Assembly (NCBI GenBank): GCA_022813965.1
Contig: JALDZS010000031.1
Span: forward strand, 62,001 to 126,000
Source of the DNA: Toensbergia leucococca
Lineage: Eukaryota
Reading direction: 5' to 3'
DNA: 64,000 bases
The notes below the pieces were generated by a model that ran no database searches, was not told where the DNA came from, and worked only from the letters and a program-made list of their open reading frames with translations. The position numbers were made by a program, and so were the translations under genes. Positions 24,106-35,124 of the stretch are shown piece by piece (the first letter of the stretch is position 1; each line of letters begins with the position of its first letter).

Positions 24106-27100
24106 TTATCGTAGATCCGCTGGCGTCAGAGCCTGTACCACACTGGTACCCTCACTGAATCTCGTCCTAAAAATCCGGTTGGCGTTCTGAAACATGCCAT
24201 CCTTGAGACTGACAACAATGAACTGCGATCCTTTGAACCTTGTCTTAATGAGACGGCCAATGTTTTGCGTATGCGATAGATCTAGCGCGGCGTCTACTTC
24301 GTCCAGAATGTACATTGGCGCTGGTTTGAATTGGAGGAGAGCCATGATCAGAGAGAGAGCAATCAGGGATCTGACACAATCATTAGCAGCCATCTCGAGC
24401 AAAGCAATCATCCTCGCTTTACCGTTGACCACCACTCAATTCAGTCAAGCTCTGTTTCCAAATCTTGCCCAAGCTAACCTTTACTTCCAGCCCATCCGAT
24501 ATCTCCTTACCCTCAGGAGGATCCAATTTGGCGAAACTGCCAGGTAATAATTCTGCAAAAATCTGCCCAAAGTCCCCATTGACTTTCGTCCATGTTTTGT
24601 GCAATGCTTCTTTTTTGTATTCGTCAAGACTGACAATTGTTTCCTCGATTTTCCGTTTGTCCCGGATGACGGTCCGCATCATGTTCTTCAAGGCCGCTTC
24701 TTTCTTCTCTACGTTATCGATCATGTTCATGACTTTGGGATTGATCTTCTTCTTCATGCCTTGAAAACGTTCCGTGAGATTACGTAGTGAGGATTTGCAT
24801 TCCGCAATGTTTTGGCCTTTGAAGTCATAGGGGGTATTAGTGCGACCAAAGCTTTCCTTCTCATCTGCTATCCATTCATGCTCTTTCTCCATCAGAATCA
24901 CCGTCTGTGTTGCACCTTGCTCCTCTTTCTGGGACTTCTCAATTTGATGACCGAGCTTTTGCTTCTCCAAACCTTCCTCAGTAATACGAGACGCTTTAGA
25001 CTTCGAAGTTTCCTCCAGTGCTCGGAGCTCTTCATCAAATCCTGTTAGCTTTGCCCGTTCATCATCGAGGCGTGCTTGTGCTATGTCATGAGCGTCCTTC
25101 GTGATAATTAGTGGAGTTTTCAGTACGAGTAGGACCTAAACACGAACCTTTATTTGGCCCTGTTCTCTTCGTAGATTCTGAATCTCAGCTTCCTGGGCCT
25201 CTAGTGTCGATTTGACCTCCACAAGCTGCTCTTGAGCAGCACTGAGATCCCCGCCAGTTTGCTCCGCCTCTAGTCTCGCAGCCTGAAGTTCTTTCTGTAA
25301 AGTTTTCGTCGTGACGGAGGTTTTGACATGATTCTTCTTCAAAGTATTCAAAGTGGATTGTAGTTCTGCTAATTTGTCGTCCTTATTATTGCTAAAGTCG
25401 TTCATGTCCTTTTCAATTCGCTTGATGTCTTTTGAAGCTTCAGTATGTCGTGCCTTGGCATCCACATTATCTTTCTTGAGCTGCTCAATATTGGCCTTCA
25501 TCTCCTCGACTGCTTGAATGATCTGTCTACTATTAGCCACGCAAAATAGAGACAAAGATGCAACTCACCGATGATGAGGAGTTTCCCGCTATTTGCTGCT
25601 CTGTCAAATTGATCTCGTGTACTTTCAGATCAAGTTGCCGTTTCGTATTCCGTGAAGAATCTAACTTCTTCTTCTCCTTCGCCATCGAAGCCTTCAATTC
25701 ATTCAAGGTCACTGTCAAAGCATCTAGCTCCTTTGTAAGTTCGTTAAGTTTCTGCAACGTCACAAGTACACCACTAGAATTTGGTGAGCTCCCGCCAGAG
25801 AGTGTCCCTGCTGGATCATAAATGTCGCCGTCAAGAGTCACGCTTTTCATCCTCACTGCAGGATCAAAGGTTACATGCTTTGCTGTGTCCGCATCGTCGC
25901 ATACAAGAGTTGAGCCAAACACATACTCCATTGCGGCAGAGACCTCGTTATCGTACCCGATTAGGGAGAGAGCAAGATCGACTTTCCCAGGTGCCAATTT
26001 CTGGGCTGCACCGATCTTATCTGCTGATGCGCGGAATGCTGAAATCTTGTTCAGAGGAATAATGGTTACCCTCTTTCTCAGCTTGCCATTTTGGAGGAGC
26101 TGCGTGCCGGTCTCTGCAGAGTCTACAACCACATTGTACAGCCTACCTCCGGCACATATCTCGAGGGCCGTACCTGCTTGGGTCTTTTCCTTGTCCAGCG
26201 TGAACAGTTGTGCTACTAAGCCCTTCACTTTCGACCTATCAAATGCTGGCGCCGGATCATTGTAGCTAAAATCAAGGTTGGCAACCTTACGCTTAGTGGC
26301 ATCCGCTTGCTCTTGAATTGTCCGAATTTGCTTTTTCAGACGGTCCTCTTCTTGATACATTGCCTCCTCTTTTCCGGACTCGAAACCTAGCTTGCTCAAG
26401 TCAGACTCCAGCTTCTTCGCCTGCATCCGGAGTCCTTCAAGGTCCTTGATCAAGCCAGAGTTTTGCTCTTTGGCTTTCTTTGCTCGAGGCTCATCTTCTT
26501 TGATCCGCTTCTCAAGATGAGAGGTCCTGATTTTAATCTGTTCTTGTTCAGTCGCTGCAGCACTGACCCGATTGTGCGCGTCTTGAAGCTGTCCTTGGTA
26601 GCCACTCTCCTGTCCTTCTCGAGAGGCTACACCGGTCTGAAGCGTCTGCAGCAGTTCCTCTTTCTTGTCTACCTCAGCCGTCTGCTTATCTAGATCGGCT
26701 TTAGCGGTCTCATACTGTACTTGCAGCGTTTCGTAGACCTTGCTCTTCTCCTTCAGCTGCCCTTCCAATTCTTTCACAGAGTTCTGAATGCGGTTCCTTC
26801 CTTCTTTCTCCTCCGTGACGCCAGCCTGCTTGAGATCAAGTACAGTGGCAATACGAATCATCTCGTGTGAATGTGATTTTACCTCGACCTCCAGCGCCTG
26901 GAATTTCCCTCCCTTCCTTAACTCCTTCTCCCTTGCAGTTTTGACCTTCTTCACATCCTCTTCCAGATGTGCTATCTCGCTGTTTAATCTCCCAGCCGAC
27001 TGCTCCAGTTCCTCCGCTCTTCCTCGCTTTAATTCCAAATCACGCGCCGACTGCTTCAACTTCTCCTTGTTCTTTAAATAATCATGCGCAACCACCAACC

Positions 27101-27851
27101 GAGTCAACCTCTCAAGATCGCTTTGCGTCTGCTGGAAATCTAAGAAAGCTCTCTTTTCCGTCCTTAGTTTTTCGAGCTTCGGCTCGATCTCATCCTTTAG
27201 CAATTCAGTAATCTCCTGCACCTTCATCTCCTTCTTCGCCATCGTCTTAAACGCCTTATCCCTCCGATCCTCAAACATCCTCGTCCCAGCTGCTTCCTCG
27301 ATCATAGCCAGTATTTCTACCGCCTTCATATTCAACACTTTCGTGATGCGCCCTTGCATGATGAGAAAATTCGGATTGTTGATGTTCAGCTGCACGGACT
27401 GGAACAAATTTTGGACAGTCTGCTGTTGCGCACGGTGCCCATTGATGAGATACTTGCTCGTACCCCCAAGCACAATCTGCCGTGTCACGGATATTTGGGC
27501 GTATTCCTCGAACCCAATAGGCGATTTCTTCTTGTCGCGATTGTCGAAGACGATTGTTACGCTTGCCTTGGTGACACCGGCTTGACCACGCTTATAGATC
27601 AAGTCCTGTACACAAAACCTTAGTAGAGGATCTTACGTTTTCCGGAGTTTCTGTCTGTTTACCTGCAGATTTTGCGCGCGGACAGTACTCATGTTCGTGA
27701 TGCCCAGGACGAAACATATTGAATCGAGAATATTGGATTTTCCGCTCCCGTTGAGCCCGGTAATTGAATTGAAGCTCTCATCCCAGCCGCTAATGACGGT
27801 ACGCACAGCATAAGATTTAAAGCCGTCAATCACAACCTCTACGACCCTCAT
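24106..27851 (-). CDS. SMC2: Condensin subunit SMC2 (multi-exon)
   Basis: [14 protein letters not shown], Walker [10 protein letters not shown], hinge region ([15 protein letters not shown]), signature LSGGQR and Walker [12 protein letters not shown]. Four short introns join the ORF pieces. Confidence 0.97.
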
Positions 27852-27894
27852 GTTGGCGGTGTTCGTCGTCAATGAATTTCGAAGCTTGAGAGTG

Positions 27895-27915
27895 ACGCGC
27901 TTTGTTTATGTTTAT
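27895..27915. promoter_or_regulatory. Candidate cell-cycle elements upstream of SMC2 (ACGCG core plus two overlapping forkhead-like TGTTTAT sites)
   Basis: acgcgctttgtttatgtttat lies 44-64 bp upstream of the SMC2 ATG. Confidence 0.4.
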
Positions 27916-28500
27916 TGAGGTGTCGGCAACCTTTTGCCCGACGCTAAATATTAGAATAGCTTGCCTCCGTTATCCGAGGCCAAGCCCTAAGCCCAGACCA
28001 TCATTCATTAAGGGACAAAAAACCGATCAATTAGATCTCCATCATATCAAATAACATATGTAATTTGCTGCAGATGTGTAAAACCAGATCAGAATCGCAT
28101 TTTCCGGTCTAATAATCAAATGCATTGTCACGTACGATATTTACATCTCGGTTTCTTTGGCTGATGGTTACCTTCCCTTCAAGAGCGGGGAAAGGGCCTG
28201 AGAGAAAGAGGAAGGTAGGGACGGGAAGCTGAATTGGATGGCAATGAGGAGAATTAGACAGACCGGAGATATGTAAATTCTGTTTAGTAAAAGTGAGCTG
28301 AAAGAAATGGCACACTTTACGTAGTATTGATATGAGGCATAGCTAGGCTTCTAGACGGCTGAATTTAGATATCGCTAGCTAGGAAAATATCGAGCTCCAA
28401 TTTGCCTCGAACGGAGAGCTCAAGGGACGGACACCTCGCTTGCTCCAAGTATCTGTCAAAAATAACAGCCACGACCGTGTCCTGCCACTTCAGAGCTTAG

Positions 28501-29213
28501 CTAGCGCTTGCACTTCTCACCAACGGCGTGCTCATGAAATGCACACTTTTTCTCCTTGTCAGAATTCTTAAAGGGAGACTTCCGATGTGCCTTGCAAACA
28601 GAATCCCATGCGTCCACCATGAAACCCTTCGCTTCGATGTTCAGGAATTCTTCTATTTTCAGCTTTCGACTCGCATCACTCCAAGTCGTGAGAGCTGCTA
28701 AATACGATTCAGCGATGTAAACGCGGAGTGGGGACCCCGGCTTGGTCAAGAAGTAAAACTTCTCGATATCGTTGGCGGTGAAACCCTGGGATGGCCTAAG
28801 GTGGTAGGCTCTGATACGATCCCTTGCAAGATTTTTGAGAGATGAGATACCGCAATCGTCGGCCAGGAGATAGAGATGGATAATCCTGTTTCGCCCCTCG
28901 GATACATCATTACTTTTCCCAGGGAGAATATCGGATAAAGTACCACGGTAGAGCCAATTAATGAAGAGTTCGAAAGCATCGGCTTGATATGCTCCCCAGT
29001 AGTATTCCATATCGGAATTTAGGATTCTATTGAAATGTTCACAGGAAGAACGCAAGATATTCCTGTGAACTTCGAAGTGTTTGCGTTTCGGTCCGATGTA
29101 TAATTGTATCATGCCGCCTTCCAGCAGACTGTTGTAAATATACAATCATTGATATGTAAGCAACGAAATTTTTGGAAATTATACCTTGCGAAATTTGTTG
29201 TAGAATTTGCCAT
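28501..29213 (-). CDS. Fungal BTB/POZ-domain protein (short first exon from 29213)
   Basis: IQLYIGPKRKHFEVHRNIL...AFELFINWLYRG...HLYLLADD...LKNLARD, ending CAFHEH. MANSTTNFA is joined to it through a GT-AG intron. Confidence 0.8.
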
Positions 29214-30234
29214 GATCGTGTGAGTTGGGTGATTACTTGGTGACTTAAATCCTTTGGTGATGCCTCATTCAGAATGTGTGGAGATGAGGAGATGGTAGAG
29301 CCTGGACAATACAAAGCTTCCGGGAGGATAGAGGATCAGACCTTGAAGCTGGACAGGCGGCTGGACAGGCGGCGAACAAGACTTTGCAGGTGTCAATGGG
29401 GTGAAAGCCCGGATATGTCACGAACGGCCCTCATCTGCTCGTTGAGTTGAGGTAGCAACTCTTCGAGCTTCGAAGAAAGGTTGGAAGACTGATGTTCTTG
29501 TCAATTTGTGCACATTGAGAGCGAAAAGTATGTGTAGACTGTGATACCTTTCTGATATGTAGATAATACAGAACGAAGGGACCTGCTGAAAAATTAAAGA
29601 TTGTGATGGATGGGATAAGAAGGAGCTATGGTTTCTTGTGCAAGTGAGGGAGAGCAAACGAACGGTCGAATAAGACTGAGTAATTCACAGTGTAGTGATC
29701 ACTGCCCAAGAGGACGATTGACAATAAAGGCTTGCAGTGATGGGCCAGATACGTGACTGAAATAATACTTCATTCCCCAAGGTCATTAGATAATCTTACT
29801 CCAGTTTGGACGTTTCTTTTGACTTGGAAGAGATGGGTCTCACGGTGTTTCTTGTGCATATTTCCACAAGATTTGCAAATGGCAAATCACTTAAAGATTC
29901 CAAGGAGGAAGCTTCATTGAGGTCTGACATAATTCGTTGAAACGCAAATGCCTTAGCTGAACGCTTTGCTTGGTTTCAATTTTACTCTGTCACTCCAGAC
30001 GAGGGAGCTTATACGTCAGCTTAAACTACCTAGTGAGCCAAGTTCTAATCCAATCCTTTCGCCGGCTGTTCGACAACATCCTACGGCAACGTAGAGTAGA
30101 AAGGTGTTGAGCAGGATTTTGGCATACAAAAGCATGATTCCAGACATGCCGAGTCGCATTGACCAAAGGCCAAATGCTGAAGAACTCCCCGAGTGTGAGA
30201 TGGGTAGGCCATGAAATCGTCAAACTGCACTTCG

Positions 30235-31995
30235 TTACTCCTGCCCCACCAAATTAGTTCCCTCTCGTAGGCCTTCAACCACGAGCTCATGACCTTCCGC
30301 ACGCCTATAGATGTCTCTTACGTCGTCTGCTAAGATGTTAACACAGACTTAAGAGCCAATCTATCATTTGCACATACCAGTAGTAGTCTCAAAGTGGCTT
30401 GTAGCATCATAACTCTTCGAGATGAATATATTATCATTCATACCACTCTCTAATGGTTCATAAAGCGGGATTGCAGGGCCCATGAATTTCTCTTCGATTT
30501 TGCCTAATCTATCAAAGCCAGGTTGCAGCTCCAGGTGGTGATTGCTGGAGCCTTCGGCAATTGTTGAGACAATCGCGATATAGTATCCCTTCGGACAGAC
30601 ATTGTGTGCCGAAGAAACAATGGCGATGTAGATATCTAAAAATTAGCATATAAGTAATTATCGAGAAGCCAAAGCATACCGTTTCTGCGGCCTACTTGAG
30701 ACTGTGGGATGATCAACTGAGCAGAATCGCTGTTGTCGGTGTTTTGGACCGGATGTGTCAAGATACAAATAGCTTTGAGTAGATGTCCGACCACCTGGAC
30801 CTTCCCAGCGAAATACGAGGGGTCGCCTAGGATTTTCTTGGTTTTTGTTGTGAACTTCATACCCTCGCTATCATCGCTTCTCTCCCGCATCGTTGCCTTG
30901 ATACCCGATACTTTGCCGCCTTCATACTCGATTTCGTCAATTGTCGTGTTGAGCATATAGGTGCCACCGTAAATAGCAGAAAGGCGGGCAAAGCCTTGCG
31001 GTAGTTCACCAAGACCGTAAAGAGGATAGATGTAGGGTGATTTGCCATAGCGGGCCATTGAATTGACGTATAGCCGTATCCGCTGTACTGTCTCCTTTGC
31101 TTGGCCCCTTTGATTTATGTATTCGTCGGTTTGATATAGAGCCATCGAGTGGCCTATGAAGTCGCGTGTTGTAGTCTCAAGACCATATTTGTCGTAAACT
31201 TCTTTCATTGTACATGCATTAAGATCCAGTCCTACACGTTGATTAGCCTTGACATCTTCCAGCGGTTTTGTTCCACCCTGACCTCCATAGCTCGCGGGGT
31301 TGTCTTCGTTGAATGCTCCAACCCATTCCAGGAATCTCTTCGCCCTTCTCTTTTCAAATAAACCCATTAGAGGCGAACGTAATGCTTCGCTCGCATCAGA
31401 CGGAACCTTGGCAACTGTTGCCCTAACGCCATTCCCTTGCTGGACATAGCTACCGGCAATTTGCTTGAACTCGAGGTATCTTGTAACGTCGGTGGAAACC
31501 AGGATATTGGTTAATTCACCGTTCGACATGAGTAGCTTAGGTACCAGATCGATGTTCCAATCGTTGACACGTCCGTACTTCTTCCACGGCTCCTCTCCTT
31601 TTGAGTAGTTGCCATACTTCTTGAATAGCTATTGCGCATTAGCAGGCCGTAGGGCTTTCTTGAGTCAATACGCACAGCTTCTATATTGATTGAGGCAGCT
31701 TCACTATCGAGAATGAGCCATGAGTCGCTTCAAATTTCAACCCCTGCACAAACCCTCCGTAGTGGTCATTACGGTCAATATGTAGCACCTTCTTGCCCTT
31801 GACACTCATTACACTGAACAATGCTGCGTCAGTATCGGAAATAGGACATTAAATTGGAGGACTGAGCATACCCAGACAAGACGCATTCAGTCAAACCTGC
31901 TAGCTGTCATGCACTACACATGCAATGAGGAAGACGGGGCAGTTCTTACCAGTCCCCAGTACCACGACGTCATATTCAGGTGAAATATCATCCAT
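30235..31995 (-). CDS. GDI1: Rab GDP-dissociation inhibitor (8 exons)
   Basis: YDVVVLGTGLTEC, VLHIDRNDHYGG, WNIDLVPK, SPYIYPLYGLGELPQGFARLSAIYGGTYML and SYDATSHFETTTDDV are recovered across canonical introns. Confidence 0.97.
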
Positions 31996-32313
31996 GTCGT
32001 GTAGAGACAAGCAAATGGTGATGGAAAATCTATGAAAGCCTTGAAGGCAGAAACAGGCAAATAGGATTCACGAAGATTTGCGGTGAAGTCATCGGGGTGA
32101 TTGGCCCCCGACCTAAGGAAGGTCACCGTCACCGTCATGGTACTAACCCACTCGGGAGATAACAACGAACTAAAGCAGAAATGTATGTAAGTTACACTCA
32201 ATATTACTTCAATGCTGATCTTATCTCTCCGCCATTCCACAGATTCAAGTAGACTGCAACATAGTGACTGTAGTCATGTCTAAAATTATCTTGTCTTTTC
32301 ACTTATGTTACTG

Positions 32314-33104
32314 AGGCTTCTGCTATTCTGACACCCCTTCTTGCTGCATTGACACACCCTTTTCCCTCCCCCTGAGGCGCAAGATCACTGAGGGAAATCT
32401 TATCATTCTGCACCACATTTTGCCTCAATCCCCTATCACTATGCAAGGCATTTACTTGTTCTATTTGTGTGTCATCTAGAAGTCAAATTATTTAGGAGAA
32501 AATCAATGCTTTTGTATCACATTCTGACTTGATTTCCTCACCCCTGAGCGCACAATCACCCTCACCCCTCTCACTGACCCCCTGAGCGCAAAAACATCAT
32601 GATTTTGCAAGTTATCTACCTTCTTTCAAAATCATGAAATACTCTGTTATCCACAGATACAGTGACGTTCACATTCATTTACTCTCTCTCTCACTCTTTC
32701 CCTCACCCTCTCTCTCTAGGTCTCCCTTCACTCCCCAGACTCTGAGGTTCTCTTTCACACAAGGTCACCGCCTGCTCTACTCTCTCAAGCTGTGAGTGAA
32801 GGTGAAGGTGATGATTCAGGTTCATGAGATAGAGATAGATCAAAATTCATGATATTGCGCCTGAGATGAAGAATTAGGTGACAATGTGATACAATATCAG
32901 AATGATTTTCTAGGTAATTTGACTTCTAGATGACACGCAATTGAAACAGGTAATTGACTTGCAAAGTAGTAGAGAATTGAGGTAAAATGTGATGCAGAAT
33001 GATAAGATTTTCCTCTTGCGCTCAGGGCCTCACTAATGCCTAATTAGGTATGATGAGGGGGGGTGTCAATGTAGCAAAAAGGGGTGTCTCAATAGCAAGA
33101 CCCT
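32314..33104. repeat. Internal long degenerate inverted repeat (~32314-32557 vs ~32851-33104), probably an older nested element
   Basis: Exact inverted blocks include gtgtcatctagaagtcaaatta (32469-32490 vs 32915-32936) and aaatcttatcattctgca (32395-32412 vs 32993-33010). Confidence 0.88.
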
Positions 33105-33130
33105 TTGAATGATCATTTGTCACATTTTCT

Positions 33131-33215
33131 TTAGATAGACAGGTAGATAGACTGATAGGTAGACAGGTTGGTAGACAGATAGGTAGATAAGGTAGAAATC
33201 TAGATGATTGATAGT
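33131..33215. repeat. Degenerate (AGAT/AGAC/AGGT)n tetranucleotide tract inside the transposon
   Basis: ttagatagacaggtagatagactgataggtagacaggttggtagacagataggtagataaggtaga... Confidence 0.7.
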
Positions 33216-33747
33216 TGAGTACCTATGCGTTTGATGTAAAAGAATTGTAAGATATGGTAACGTTGATAACATGAGGAATAAGCGTAGATTACATCCAAAT
33301 TATTACTTCATTTAGTTAGTATCATGACGGTGACGGTGACCTTCCTTAGGTCAGGGGGTGATTGGTGGGGTCCTCTGCTAGAATAGAATAGCGGCTAGCA
33401 ACGGTCTTCTAAACACGTTGTGGCCATTCATTTGCTCTGACCATCACAACCTTGGACAATTCTTTCGTAGTGCAAGCTTGCTTATAGTTGAACTCTACAC
33501 ATGATGTTTGTACTGTACGTTGGTGACGTGCAGATCGCTCATCCCTTGAGTCCTACTATACGGTGCTGAGACTCTGCAGAGCAGCAAGCAAGAGATCAGG
33601 GAACGAAGATGGGCCACGTAAACTTCGCGAATTAAGTGGATAAGAAACACATCATCCACAATTTTGCAGAAAGTAGTTTTCCTTCGTCCTCGCCATCTAT
33701 ATTGATACTCCTGTGATCATTTACATAGCAAGATCTTCTTAAAAGAT

Positions 33748-34626
33748 TCAAGGGTGTGGCATTTCCTCCAGGGCCTTCGGCTTGTATATTGGTTTTCTTC
33801 CGTGCGCCGCGAAGTCAATATTAGGATCATCTTTCGCTATTCGCTGAGCATTCTGCCACGCATACCATCTTTCCGTAAGGGCGTGTTTTATTGCTCGTTG
33901 CGTCATTCGAATCTGGAGGACTTTCTTTTAGCATCTCTAATTGCAGGAATGATTTTAAAAATGAGAAAGCGGTTTAATCGCGTAGTGAGAGACTGGCAAG
34001 GAAGGAGAGAAATCGAGGGCCAGAGAGTACTTACGACCCGGTCTCTAGCACGAGCCTCGAAGTCTCCATATCCTGCCTCTAGTCGTTTCCGCTCATATTT
34101 CTCCGTGGCCAATCGATTCCGTTCTTTAACACAGACCCACCATAAGGAATGCAGGTCCTCCCAAGACTTGTGTCGCAACTCTTCGACGGACCACGCTCGG
34201 CCTGAAGAACGCGATCATCAGCACCAGCTCGACAGGAAGACCAAAGAATTATAGCATACCATATGCGTAGTCTTCCTCGGGTGTACTCAAACATTTTTTG
34301 TTGTTGAAGAATCCCCAAAGCCCATGATTATCATCGACTTTCACCTTGGATCTTTTATTGGGATCTAGGACAGGTTCTGGCAGTGGCTCCTTTGACATGC
34401 TGACTGGGTATTTCAAACCCGTCCTACGAAGTGCTGAAACGCCTCGGTCACGGTTGTTATCGCGGGTTCTGCGTACTCGTCTCGGAGCAGTTGTTGAGAA
34501 GTGACTTCTCTGATTAAACGGTAGGGACCAGTTTGTAGAAGAGGGCGCAAGGAAAGCCAGAGGGCCATCAATTTGTGAGAAGATGCGTACTGACTTGCAG
34601 ACGAACGTGACAGGCGATATAGACAT
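33748..34626 (-). CDS. MRPL4: Mitochondrial large-subunit ribosomal protein uL29m (L4/L47), 3 exons
   Basis: Presequence, then [41 protein letters not shown] and [20 protein letters not shown]. Confidence 0.93.
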
Positions 34627-35124
34627 GTCGTTCAGTGTTTAGTATTCAATGTGGATGAATGGGCTAAAACGTCTCACCAGCATCACAGATATTTCAACAA
34701 GGGTCGAGTCTAAGCGATCCGGCGCTAAGTATGCTTGGCATTGCTCGATGATGCTGGGCCAAAGGGAACCTAGCCTCCTATTTGTTCATATCCCCGAGCA
34801 AGTGATTTTGACCTTCTTAACACGTTGTTTGCAGTATTAAGTGTAGCATCACAAAGATAACCTAAATGCAATAATTTTGAACATGACATCAAGGATAAGG
34901 TAAGGTACGGATAGTAAGGTAAAATAAGGCTGAATTTAGTCCCTTCCACGACTTACCTAGGTAGCTGCATGCGTAGCGGGAGATCTACTTCCAGCCCTAT
35001 CACACATCCATCTTCCGCTCTTACCTTACCTTCCTCTTTCCTTATTTCATCCTATGCCTATGAGTAACTCTCTGCTCACTCCTACCTACTCAGCATATAG
35101 CTGAATAACCTCCATACACTGAGG

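Larger units (their letters stand above)
32105..33357. mobile_element. Non-autonomous TIR DNA transposon (MITE/foldback-like), 1253 bp
   Basis: 43-bp terminal inverted repeats (32105-32147 and 33315-33357, 41/43 identical) flanked by the 8-bp direct repeat GTGATTGG (32097-32104 and 33358-33365). No transposase ORF; CpG-poor interior. Confidence 0.92.

Noticed and set aside
32202..33310. Direct repeat TATTACTTCA at 32202 and 33301 as the TSD of an inner insertion
   Set aside because: The enclosed ends show no inverted repeats and do not coincide with the inner arms.
33690..33765. Possible extra MRPL4 intron after KALE
   Set aside because: The donor would be GA, not GT or GC, and the frame ends normally at 33748.
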